Shown one piece after another: positions 45,104-54,005 of a stretch of DNA of 64,000 nucleotides. The notes beneath the pieces were generated by a model. It was not told the origin of the DNA, made no database searches, and saw only the letters and a program-made list of their open reading frames with translations. Origin of the DNA: Candidatus Bathyarchaeota archaeon (GTDB lineage: Archaea > Thermoproteota > Bathyarchaeia > Bathyarchaeales > Bathycorpusculaceae); assembly GCA_026014615.1 (NCBI GenBank), contig JAOZHZ010000027.1:18920-82919 (forward strand), written 5' to 3'. Positions within the stretch are counted from its first letter, which is position 1. Each line of letters starts with the position of its first letter. The translations under genes were made by a program, and so were the position numbers.

Positions 45104-46183
45104 TTATTGTTGTTTTTCGCGTAGTGCTTTGGGTATGTATGGGCAGGCGGGGTCTGATTCGTACATGTCGCCCGTGTAGGCGTAGGCGCGGTTTCTGCAT
45201 CCGCCGCAGATGTCGCGGTATTCGCATACTCCACATTTGCCTTTGAGTAAGTTTCGGTCTTGGAAGCTGCTGTAGAAGGGTGAGGCTTTGACTTCTTTCC
45301 AAGCTTCTTGTAGGGTTTTGTTGCGGATGTTGCCGAGGCGTTGGTGATCTGTGGGGGTGAGGTCGGTGTAGAAGCAGGGGATGAGGTCGCCGTTTTCGGT
45401 GACGCTGACGTAACCGCCGAAAGCGAAGTAGGTGCATTTGCCGTGGAACTTGTGTTCGTACCATTCGTCAAAGTTGGGGATGTTGCGTTGCTTCACTACG
45501 CGGGCGAAGTGGGGGCAGTGAACGTGGATTTCGAATTTTTTCTCGTATTTGACGGTGAGGTCCCAGATGTGGTTTAGTGTCCACTCGTATTGTTCTGGTG
45601 AGGGTGCAAGCTCCATGGTTATTTTGGCTCTGCCGCTGGGCACCAGATGGTTGTACCAGACGAAGTTGGCGTGGTATTTGTCGGCGAGTTCGGCGACGTG
45701 GTCTAGGTGTTGGTAGTTTATGGTGGTTATGGCGCAGGCTAAGCCGTTGAGGATTTTGCCCTTTGACAGTTTTTCGATGGCTGCGAGGGCTTTTTTGTAG
45801 CTGCCTTTGCCGCGGAGTTGGTCGTTGATTTCTTCGGGTCCGTCGATGCTTACGCTGGTCCAGACTTGGTTTTTGACTAGGTTATCGTAGATTGAGCCGT
45901 CGACGAATACGCCGTTGGTGAGGAGGCAGACGTTGAGTCCTTTGCTTTTGGCGTAGGTTACGATTTCGAAGATGTCGGGTCGGGTGAGGGGTTCGCCGCC
46001 TTTGATGCCGAACCATCGGACGCCGAACTTGCTGACTTCGTCTACGAGGTGGAAGGCTTCTTTGGTGGTGAGTTCGTTGGGGGCTTTGGCGCCTGTGGCG
46101 TCTACGTTGCAGTATATGCATCGGGCGTTGCAAGCTCCTGTGGCTCGCCAAGAAGTCATAAGTAACGGACCTTCATGTTTCAT
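45104..46183 (-). CDS. Radical SAM/SPASM-domain enzyme, paralog 2
   Basis: CNARCIYC, GIKGGEP and GKCGVCEYRDICGGCRNRAYAYTGDMYESDPAC. It is roughly half identical by eye to 39768..40847. Confidence 0.8.
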   Translation of the reverse strand: MKHEGPLLMTSWRATGACNARCIYCNVDATGAKAPNELTTKEAFHLVDEVSKFGVRWFGIKGGEPLTRPDIFEIVTYAKSKGLNVCLLTNGVFVDGSIYDNLVKNQVWTSVSIDGPEEINDQLRGKGSYKKALAAIEKLSKGKILNGLACAITTINYQHLDHVAELADKYHANFVWYNHLVPSGRAKITMELAPSPEQYEWTLNHIWDLTVKYEKKFEIHVHCPHFARVVKQRNIPNFDEWYEHKFHGKCTYFAFGGYVSVTENGDLIPCFYTDLTPTDHQRLGNIRNKTLQEAWKEVKASPFYSSFQDRNLLKGKCGVCEYRDICGGCRNRAYAYTGDMYESDPACPYIPKALREKQQ

Positions 46184-46318
46184 AAACAAGAATTCCCCTT
46201 TGTTTGTGTCCTGAATTATGTACGATAGTTTTAGAGTTGCCAACCTAAAAAAGATTATGCGGTTCATTTCGTTTTCGAAGTTGGCTTGTTGTTTAGTGTT
46301 TTTTGGTTTTTGTCGGAG

Positions 46319-46345
46319 TGTGAATTTGTAAGCAGAAACAAATTG
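46319..46345. promoter_or_regulatory. Shared upstream sequence blocks (second copy; see 34068..34102)
   Basis: The contiguous TGTGAATTTGTAAGCAGAAACAAATTG lies upstream of radical SAM paralog 2 on the minus strand. Confidence 0.45.
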
Positions 46346-46372
46346 GTTCTTTTTTGTGACTTTTTGTGAGTT

Positions 46373-48262
46373 CTAAATCTCGCCTGTCAGTTTTTTTCTA
46401 AACGTCGCCGCACCCAAACAGGTTGCCAAAGCCAAAACCAAAACTCCCAGAGGTGTTATTTCGGGAATTGTTGGTGATTCTGAAGGGATAGGTGTTTCGG
46501 TTGTTGAAGGACTGGGTGATGGGTTTGGTTTGGGCGCAGTAAAAGGAACCATGAGTGGGTAGCTGTCTTTGTTTTTGTTGTCCAGCACGTGGGGTGTATC
46601 GCCTCTGCCGTCGCCGTCTGTGTCTGTTCCGTTGTAGCTGCTCCAGTAGTTACCTATGGTATCGTTGCTCCAAATGTTCTCTGACTGTGTGGCTGCCGGT
46701 CTATGGTAAACGATGTCGTCAATTAGAGTTTGGTTTGTGATGAAGTTATTGTTATAGAAAACTGAGCGCGAAGAGGCGCTAAAAGAAATTGTGGCTTGTC
46801 TTGAATCGGTGAAATTGTTTTCTTTTATGATGTTTCGGAACGAGGATAAAAAGCCAAGGCTGACTGCATTTCCTGTCACGTTATTTCCAACTATTTCATT
46901 GTAGTACGACCCAGAAAGCTGTATACCGTAACCGCTTTGATTTACAACAGTGTTGCCTATGATGATGTTTCGGTCGGAGCCATCATTGACGATGGAAATT
47001 CCCGTGTACCCAACTCGATTATCCTCATAGGTGGTTGCGGTTATTTCATTTGCTTCTATTCTATTGTCAGATGCCGCGGAGAGGCTTATGCTCCAATCAT
47101 CGTTTGTCAATTGGTTCTTTAAGATAACGTTATTCGCGGATGAATCAAGACTAATTGCAGCGTTATCGATGTTCGTTAGGAAGTTTTCTGCTATCCTGTT
47201 GCCATCCGAATAGGTCACTGTGATTCCGTTCACTGCTGCGTCAATTGTGTTTTCAGTTATGTTTATGTCCTCGGACTGTTCCACTTGGATTGCTTGGGTG
47301 CTTGATTTCATGTTGTTGGCTGAGACTGTGCAGTTGGAGGAAAACTGAAGCCATATGTCAAACTGATTGCTGCTTAGACTGTTCCGCGTTACGGTAGTGT
47401 TCATGTTGTTAATGATTAGTATCCCAAAGTATTCTCGGTCAATGTTGAAGTCTTGAGCTGTCATACCTGTGCAGTTTACCATTGCCAAGACGCCAAGATT
47501 TGGGCATGAAGAGGGCGTAAGCACTTGGTCTCTTTGATAAATGAGGTAATAGATGCTTTTGCCATTAACCAGATTGGACGAGTCGACCTCGTTATCGTAA
47601 TGGGTCGTATCCGTGCCCGAAACAACAAACCCATAAGAGTTGTTCGTCATGCTGTTTTTGCTCAATGTGTTGCCCCAAGAAGCCGAAAGCTTTACGCCGT
47701 TCTTACCATTTGAAACGGTGTTTCCTGTGATGTTGTTGTCTGAGGCGTGGTCAATAATTATGCCGTTTTCATTATTCACCGCTGAATTGCTAAAAACGCT
47801 GTTGTCAGAAGCTCCGTATAGCCATATGCCATAGCGGCAGTCAACCACCTCATTATCGAACACCTGACAATTGCGGACATGAAGCAAGTGAATTCCAGCA
47901 AGTCTGCCCCGCGTGTGGTTTGTGTCAAGTGCGTCAGGTCCCCCATCTATTGTAAATCCCGTTATGGTAACACCGTCTCTGCGGACAAGCATCGTGGTTT
48001 CAACACTGAGTCCATAAACCTCCGTTAAGCCTTTGCCTTCACCCTTCAACGTTATAGCCTTGTTCACAACGACAGACTCAACGTATACGCCTGCCCTAAC
48101 AAACACGGTGTCGCCATCTACGGCGTTATCGATGGCTTCTTGAATTGTTGAATAATCGTCTGGAACGACGATTGTTCTGCTGGCATGTGCAGGTTGAAAG
48201 GCAAAGATGCTTAACGCAAACAGTACGATTAAAGTGAAAGCAAAAACGCTGGTTTTGTTCAT
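46373..48262 (-). CDS. Secreted right-handed beta-helix (NosD/CASH-like) protein with a PEF-CTERM-like tail (PEI variant)
   Basis: A signal peptide is followed by IVVPDDYSTIQEAIDNAVDGDTVFVRAGVY and many N-rich ~23-aa repeats. The tail is PTIPEITPLGVLVLALATCLGAATFRKK. Confidence 0.85.
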   Translation of the reverse strand: MNKTSVFAFTLIVLFALSIFAFQPAHASRTIVVPDDYSTIQEAIDNAVDGDTVFVRAGVYVESVVVNKAITLKGEGKGLTEVYGLSVETTMLVRRDGVTITGFTIDGGPDALDTNHTRGRLAGIHLLHVRNCQVFDNEVVDCRYGIWLYGASDNSVFSNSAVNNENGIIIDHASDNNITGNTVSNGKNGVKLSASWGNTLSKNSMTNNSYGFVVSGTDTTHYDNEVDSSNLVNGKSIYYLIYQRDQVLTPSSCPNLGVLAMVNCTGMTAQDFNIDREYFGILIINNMNTTVTRNSLSSNQFDIWLQFSSNCTVSANNMKSSTQAIQVEQSEDINITENTIDAAVNGITVTYSDGNRIAENFLTNIDNAAISLDSSANNVILKNQLTNDDWSISLSAASDNRIEANEITATTYEDNRVGYTGISIVNDGSDRNIIIGNTVVNQSGYGIQLSGSYYNEIVGNNVTGNAVSLGFLSSFRNIIKENNFTDSRQATISFSASSRSVFYNNNFITNQTLIDDIVYHRPAATQSENIWSNDTIGNYWSSYNGTDTDGDGRGDTPHVLDNKNKDSYPLMVPFTAPKPNPSPSPSTTETPIPSESPTIPEITPLGVLVLALATCLGAATFRKKLTGEI

Positions 48263-49974
48263 CGTTTTCTACCTTTTTTCAACGCTAGAAGTGCAACTGA
48301 AACTGTCGTTATAACAAGCAAAACCGATAGTGTAGTAAATTCTGGCACAGTCGGAGATGGCGAGGCAGTTGGAGCTGAGCTGGCAGCGCTTGTAGGTGAG
48401 AGTGAGAGCTTAGGAGTCGCTGGTGTGGCGTTGTTGCTTGTTGCGGCAGCTTTAATTTTTACGAGCCAAGCATAAGAATTTCCATCTTGAGAAGCGACGC
48501 CTGTGACTGCATATCCTCCGTCGCGGGTCTGAATTACCGAATGTGCTTGACCGCCTGGACCTACGCCTTTTGTCCATTCTATGGTGCCTTCGGAGTCAGT
48601 TTTGACAAGTGTTAGTCCTGAACATAGAATGTAGCCGCCGTCGGTTGTGCTTACCATGGATAAGGGTGTGCCGCCGGGGTACTTGTTCTTCCACAGTACG
48701 TTGCCGTTTGTGTCGGTCTTGACGAGTCCCGCCATATTGTCCCAGTTAGCGCGGTTCCACATCATACCTGCCAATACGTATGTGCCATCGCTGTTTTGAA
48801 CGATGGACCAGCCGTAATCTTTGTCGCTGCTACCGTAGGTTTTGCTCCACTCCAAATCGCCCGAAGAATTAGTCTTGACCAACAAGAAATCTGAGTTGAA
48901 ACTAGTGCTTCCTAACATTGCATATCCTCCGTCGAGAGTTTGGATGACTGAGTGAGCTTCGCCTGACGTGATATTAGTATATGTTTTGTTCCATACTGTT
49001 AGACCTTGTGAGTTGGTTTTGGCAAGCCAAACCTGGTCATTTGGGCCAAGCTCGTTTAGACCTGCGATTGTGAATCCGCCATCGTCCGTTTGGATAATTA
49101 AATAAGCTATGGCTCCTGCCAAAAGGGTTCTGTTCCACTCCAGATTTCCATAAGCATCGGTTTTAATCAGGTGAGCCCCGCTAACTATAGCGAACCCTTC
49201 ATCGGGTGTATTGACGAGACGAGTTTGGTCCCGACCCGAACTCAATAGGATATCATCGTATATTTTTGTCCATTCTGTATTTCCATTAGCATCGGTTTTC
49301 AAAATCAACTTTCCAGCTATTACATATCCGCCATCGTTGGATTGGATAAGTGAGTCAACATTTTTCAGAGCGGTTCCTTCATACGTTTGCACCCATTCTT
49401 CCGACGGGGAAGGAGATGGAGCAGAAGAATTTGCTGGTTGGTTCTCATTAGATGCGTTGGATGCTTCAGGAGTCAAATCCACCGTGAAGTAGACCGTTGA
49501 AATGCTCGTGACCCAATATAGGGTTGAGTTTCCGGGCAAAACGGGTCCTCCTGAATAGACTGTTACGCTGTGGTTGCCTTCCGATAAAGTCAAGTTTTCA
49601 GAGTGACTAAACCTTGGAATGCCCGGAGGTGACCTGGACCGGTATGATGTGCAATAGTATAATGTAACGTAGTTTGAGCCGTTTATGACGTTGGTGTCGT
49701 CTATGGCGTATCGGATTCTGGCTAAACCCGCATCTACGGATATGGGAGGCTCTGGTTTGCTTGTGTTGAAGTTGAATGGGATGTTGTTGGATATGTAGAC
49801 TGTGTTGTTTTGTGGGCTTGAAATCTCGATGCTTGGCGGGACTGTGTCGGGAATTGGTTCAGCTTCGCTGAAGATAATCCACGTATTAGCATTTGCCACA
49901 TCAACCAAGCTTCCCGACGAAGCCAGAAGAGCAGCTGCGAAAATCAAAGTCGGAAAGCATAATTTGTTTTTCAT
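48259..49974 (-). CDS. Secreted protein with an N-terminal Ig-like region plus a 7x 'DGGY' repeat propeller, PEF-CTERM
   Basis: Seven ~50-aa repeats (QSNDGGYVIAG ... QTRDGGYAVTG). The tail is PSPTVPEFTTLSVLLV...KKGRKR. ATGA overlap with the downstream gene. Confidence 0.85.
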   Translation of the reverse strand: MKNKLCFPTLIFAAALLASSGSLVDVANANTWIIFSEAEPIPDTVPPSIEISSPQNNTVYISNNIPFNFNTSKPEPPISVDAGLARIRYAIDDTNVINGSNYVTLYYCTSYRSRSPPGIPRFSHSENLTLSEGNHSVTVYSGGPVLPGNSTLYWVTSISTVYFTVDLTPEASNASNENQPANSSAPSPSPSEEWVQTYEGTALKNVDSLIQSNDGGYVIAGKLILKTDANGNTEWTKIYDDILLSSGRDQTRLVNTPDEGFAIVSGAHLIKTDAYGNLEWNRTLLAGAIAYLIIQTDDGGFTIAGLNELGPNDQVWLAKTNSQGLTVWNKTYTNITSGEAHSVIQTLDGGYAMLGSTSFNSDFLLVKTNSSGDLEWSKTYGSSDKDYGWSIVQNSDGTYVLAGMMWNRANWDNMAGLVKTDTNGNVLWKNKYPGGTPLSMVSTTDGGYILCSGLTLVKTDSEGTIEWTKGVGPGGQAHSVIQTRDGGYAVTGVASQDGNSYAWLVKIKAAATSNNATPATPKLSLSPTSAASSAPTASPSPTVPEFTTLSVLLVITTVSVALLALKKGRKR

Positions 49975-51536
49975 TGATGTCGCTTCCTTAAAGTAAACGC
50001 GGTTATGCCTGTTGTGGCTGCCAAAACCAAGATGGCTACTGAATTAAACTCAGGTACGGTGGGCGACGGCGATGCCAAAGTTATGTTGGGTGATGATGTA
50101 CTTGGCTGCTCGGTTGACTTTGGTGTTGATGTGGGCGTAGTTGAACTTGCTTCGCGGTATCCGATGGGTGTGTATTGGTCGTTTATGGAATAGTGGTTTT
50201 CTTCTTTGAAGATGCCTCCTATAGCGTACAACTGATCATTTAGGCATATGACGATTACGTCGCCAAAGTTTTCCATGCGGTTGGTTCTTTGTATAGGCGT
50301 AGCAAGTGTCCAGTTGTCGTTTGCTGGGTCGTAGACTTGGTTTAATCCTCCGCCGATAACGTAGATTCGCTTAGGCGCTAAAACTCCCGACGTAGTGGCT
50401 GCGCTTCGACCGCTTTCCGCATTTGGTATTGGTGTTCCTATCTTCCAAGTGTCCGTTTTGGGGTCGTAGATTTGGGTTAAGTTGACGCGGTTTAGGGTTG
50501 TGCTGTTGGCTTCTCGTGTGTAGCCGCCAATCACATAGATTTTGCCGTCAACTACCGCCGAAGCATAATAAGAAACAGGTGTCGGGATGGGCGTCTTTGT
50601 AGTCCAAGTATCCGTGATGGGGTCATAAACTTCGGTTACATTAATGATCTCGCGTGTTACTCTGTTGTCAATCCTTATCTCTTCGTTTGATGTGCCGCCT
50701 ATGAGGTAGATTTTGTCGTCTACAAGGTGTGCATTCATCCCTGACTTCTTAGTGGGCATTGGTGTTTTGCTTTGATTCCACGTATCCGCACTGGGATTGT
50801 AGGACCACACCGTGTCTGTGCCGCTTCCTGACAAAAACCAGCTTCCCCCAAAAACGTAGATTTCTCCTTCGTATGCAGCAACGCCAGAGCCTCCTCTTGT
50901 GCTGGGCATGGATTTTTTCGTAGTCCATTTGTCTGTTTCTGGGTTGTATTCTTGATTAACTTTGCATGGAACACCGCCGTCGCTAAACAGGCAACCGCCT
51001 AGAGCGTAAATTTTGTCATCAACAACCGCAAGACCCACCGCGTACCTTGTCGCCTGATACGCTGACTTTGCTGCCCATGAATCGGCATGCACCTCAGTGC
51101 TTTCGTATTCTACGATTAACGTGTAGGTTATCACGTTTGAGGCTGTTATATTCAGCTGGATGGTGACTTGACCTGTTTCGTTTCCCAAGTGTTCCAGCCC
51201 TATTATCCATGTTCTGTTACTTGCGCCTGTATTGTTTGAAATAGACCCTTTTCTTTCTGAACCGAAAGCTAACCACATTTCTGCTTGCCCGGAAGCAGTA
51301 TAGTTACCTCTAACACGCCAGTGAGCTTGATTGAGTACGAGTATGTCCACGGTTTGGCTTTGATTGCCCGTTATGGTCTGGACGTAAACCCACTGCGGCT
51401 CAGGCTGGTCCGGAGGTAGAGATGGCGGATAGCAGTAAGGATTGGCGTTAGTCACATTAGCAACCTGAATTACAGCCAAAACGGAAATTGCGAGAATAAG
51501 GCTGACCATTGCTGTTGAGGGTGTTTTTGTGTTCAT
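49971..51536 (-). CDS. Secreted Kelch-repeat beta-propeller protein, PEF-CTERM
   Basis: Six Kelch-type blades (DDKIYALGG, GEIYVFGG, DDKIYLIGG, DGKIYVIGG, KRIYVIGG, NDQLYAIGG). The tail is PSPTVPEFNSVAILVL...RKRHQ. Confidence 0.85.
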   Translation of the reverse strand: MNTKTPSTAMVSLILAISVLAVIQVANVTNANPYCYPPSLPPDQPEPQWVYVQTITGNQSQTVDILVLNQAHWRVRGNYTASGQAEMWLAFGSERKGSISNNTGASNRTWIIGLEHLGNETGQVTIQLNITASNVITYTLIVEYESTEVHADSWAAKSAYQATRYAVGLAVVDDKIYALGGCLFSDGGVPCKVNQEYNPETDKWTTKKSMPSTRGGSGVAAYEGEIYVFGGSWFLSGSGTDTVWSYNPSADTWNQSKTPMPTKKSGMNAHLVDDKIYLIGGTSNEEIRIDNRVTREIINVTEVYDPITDTWTTKTPIPTPVSYYASAVVDGKIYVIGGYTREANSTTLNRVNLTQIYDPKTDTWKIGTPIPNAESGRSAATTSGVLAPKRIYVIGGGLNQVYDPANDNWTLATPIQRTNRMENFGDVIVICLNDQLYAIGGIFKEENHYSINDQYTPIGYREASSTTPTSTPKSTEQPSTSSPNITLASPSPTVPEFNSVAILVLAATTGITAFTLRKRHQ

Positions 51537-52861
51537 TTGTACACCCTCTTTTTCTTGTACGCGAGGGAACCTGCTGTTGCAGTTGCAAGTAGGAGAAGGA
51601 TTGCGTAGATGGGAAACTCTGGAATTGACGGTGAAGGCTTTGGACTTGGAGATTGTGTCGGTGGAGACACTTGTGTTTGAGTTGGAATTGTTGTCGGTGA
51701 TTGTGAAGATGGCAAAGGAGAGGGAGACGTTTGAGCAGTCGGGTTGACGCTGGGAACAAGATTGATTTTAGCCAGCCAAGCACCAGACGAGTCACCTGCG
51801 ACCGCATAACCTCCGTCTTGTGTCTGAATAACGGAGTACGCTCGATTATTGCTAGAGAGGCATTCGTCAAAACTTACCGACCACTGTTCCTTTCCTAGAG
51901 CATCCGTTTTGACCAGAGCAGTACTCGATATTGCGAAGCCTTCGTCGCTTGTCTTTATCATGGACCAGCCTTGGTCTCCACCATAATTCTGTGTCCATTG
52001 AGTGTTACCCAATGCATCAGTTTTGACAATGGCAGTTCTTTTTGCGCTGCCTAAAGCATAGCCTCCGTCACTTGTTTGAACAAAGGCATAGACCCTTCCG
52101 AAGTCAGGGTACCTTTGGCTCCACTGCATAGTTCCATTTAAATCCATCTTTATAAGCCAACAATCGTTTTCAATTTCACCCTTACTTAAGAGTAATTTCG
52201 TTGTATGCCGTGTCAGTGCATATCCGTCATCACTTGTTTGGATAACCGAATCAGCATCGCCCTCTCCAAGAGTACTGTTCCATTGCTCATTTCCTAATAC
52301 ATCGGTTTTAAAGAGCCAAATGAAACTGGTTCCGTTTTCTGTAGGTATGCGTGAGTTACCTGTCACGACATACCCACAATCCTCAGTTTGGGCTATAGCC
52401 GATGCAGCGCCAATTCCTGTTCCGTTATAGGTTTGATTCCACTGCATATTGCCTTCGTTGTCTACTTTTACCAACAAACAACTGCCCGCTTGTTGACCCG
52501 CAAATGCGTATCCGCCATCGCTGGTTTGAATAAGCCATTTACCAAAAATGCCTGTTGCGCCTAAGTAGGTCTTGTTCCATATCGGGTTCCCCAAAGAATC
52601 AACCTTCAGCAGCCCAATGCCCGGAGTTGAATTGTTCGGTGGTCTCAAGCCGCCAAGCAAAAATCCCCCATCTGCAGCTTGAATTACAATCCAGACCGAC
52701 TCCAAATTGCTTTCTACATAAGTACGACTCCAAATTATCGAAGGCGTCATCGATGCTGACTTAGTGCTGGGCAAATTAGAAACAGAATGCACAATACTAA
52801 CAAAAACCAATCCAAAAATTATTACTGTGATCAGAAATACTTTTAGGATCGATTTCTTCAT
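51533..52861 (-). CDS. Secreted 7x 'DGGY' repeat propeller protein, PEF-CTERM (first gene of a 4-gene operon)
   Basis: A signal peptide is followed by repeats QAADGGFLLGG ... QTQDGGYAVAG. The tail is PSPSIPEFPIYAILLLL...KKKRVYK. Confidence 0.85.
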   Translation of the reverse strand: MKKSILKVFLITVIIFGLVFVSIVHSVSNLPSTKSASMTPSIIWSRTYVESNLESVWIVIQAADGGFLLGGLRPPNNSTPGIGLLKVDSLGNPIWNKTYLGATGIFGKWLIQTSDGGYAFAGQQAGSCLLVKVDNEGNMQWNQTYNGTGIGAASAIAQTEDCGYVVTGNSRIPTENGTSFIWLFKTDVLGNEQWNSTLGEGDADSVIQTSDDGYALTRHTTKLLLSKGEIENDCWLIKMDLNGTMQWSQRYPDFGRVYAFVQTSDGGYALGSAKRTAIVKTDALGNTQWTQNYGGDQGWSMIKTSDEGFAISSTALVKTDALGKEQWSVSFDECLSSNNRAYSVIQTQDGGYAVAGDSSGAWLAKINLVPSVNPTAQTSPSPLPSSQSPTTIPTQTQVSPPTQSPSPKPSPSIPEFPIYAILLLLATATAGSLAYKKKRVYK

Positions 52862-52900
52862 TGCTCAACGCCTACAATTAAATAATACTTCGTGTTTGCG

Positions 52901-52943
52901 TAAAAGCTTGTTTGTCAAGATTTCTTGCGTAAAGAAAAATTGT
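52901..52943 (-). promoter_or_regulatory. Conserved upstream element, copy 1
   Basis: TAAAAGCTTGTTTGTCAAGATTTCTTGCGTAAAGAAAAATTGT lies 39 nt upstream of the ATG at 52861. Confidence 0.55.
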
Positions 52944-52976
52944 GAGAACTTTACGCTCTGACTTAACGGCGTTATG

Positions 52977-53894
52977 CTACCAACTGGGTACACTAAACAA
53001 ATCCATCTTTGCCAGTTGGCTCTCAGAAAAATAGTTGTTACATACGAATCCGTCTTTAAACGGGGTGAGCTTTAATTCCACTATTTTCTCCAGCTTGTCA
53101 GGGTTTTCTTGGTATGACCCAAAGTTCCCGCCTGCAATAGTCCAGCCCATCCTGTAAATAGTCAACGTAACAGCGGTTGGAGTGCCAAACGCCCACAAAC
53201 CTGAACCTGTTTCTCTGCTACTATAAGAACCGAGGTCACTGATGGGTCCTCCTCGTACGCTCTGGTTCGGTTCAATGTCAAATCTGATTTCACCAGTAAA
53301 CACAACAATAGGATGTTCATCTAAAGAAGCTAAACGGTGACCTGTCAAGGGCAACGGGTCTTTAAAGTCAGGGTTTATGTTTGTGCCTTTAAAGTATCCG
53401 CAGTTTTGAACTGCTCCTGTGTCCGAGCGCAATTGAATCTGATATTGTTCGCTTACGCCGTCAGCCGAGGCGAATGCTCGGTTTGGAAGCCGGGTCATGT
53501 TGAGGTAGATCATGAAGGGGTAGTAGCTGACGGGAACCATGGGGTCTTCGAAGTCGTTGTAGGCGTTTTTGTTTTCTTTTGGTCCCACATATGCGTAACA
53601 CACGCTGACTTTGAAGACGGGCATAATTTCCTCCGTTGGAACCGTAGTGTTTTTGGCAGTTACATGCGCGGCGGTAGTTGGAGCCGCAGTTACAGAAGCT
53701 AAAAGTGTATGTGGCTCCGTCAAGTTTTCACTGGATGTGTGTGTCGCTACGGGTGTGGCAGAAGGTGTGGCTTCTGGGTTTAGTTCAAGCTTCGGCGTTT
53801 GCTGTGGCTGAACCCGCATAATTACCGAGAAGATAGCTATCAATGAAAACGCTAAGACAAAAGTCACAGCCAAACCCTTTTTGTTCATAAGCAT
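52977..53894 (-). CDS. Secreted or membrane-anchored hypothetical protein
   Basis: 305 aa with an N-terminal signal/anchor (KKGLAVTFVLAFSLIAIFSVIM) and a T/A/P-rich linker. The family is not recognised. Confidence 0.65.
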   Translation of the reverse strand: MLMNKKGLAVTFVLAFSLIAIFSVIMRVQPQQTPKLELNPEATPSATPVATHTSSENLTEPHTLLASVTAAPTTAAHVTAKNTTVPTEEIMPVFKVSVCYAYVGPKENKNAYNDFEDPMVPVSYYPFMIYLNMTRLPNRAFASADGVSEQYQIQLRSDTGAVQNCGYFKGTNINPDFKDPLPLTGHRLASLDEHPIVVFTGEIRFDIEPNQSVRGGPISDLGSYSSRETGSGLWAFGTPTAVTLTIYRMGWTIAGGNFGSYQENPDKLEKIVELKLTPFKDGFVCNNYFSESQLAKMDLFSVPSW

Positions 53895-53920
53895 CAGGTT
53901 GTGCTATGGCTTTTAGTGGC

Positions 53921-53963
53921 TAAAAGAATTTTTGTAAAGATTTATTGTGTAAAGAAAAATTTT
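53921..53963 (-). promoter_or_regulatory. Conserved upstream element, copy 2
   Basis: TAAAAGAATTTTTGTAAAGATTTATTGTGTAAAGAAAAATTTT lies 26 nt upstream of the ATG at 53894. Confidence 0.55.
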
Positions 53964-54005
53964 GCGAAGAATAATTTTTTTACAAAAGGGAAAGGGTGAA
54001 CGCCC

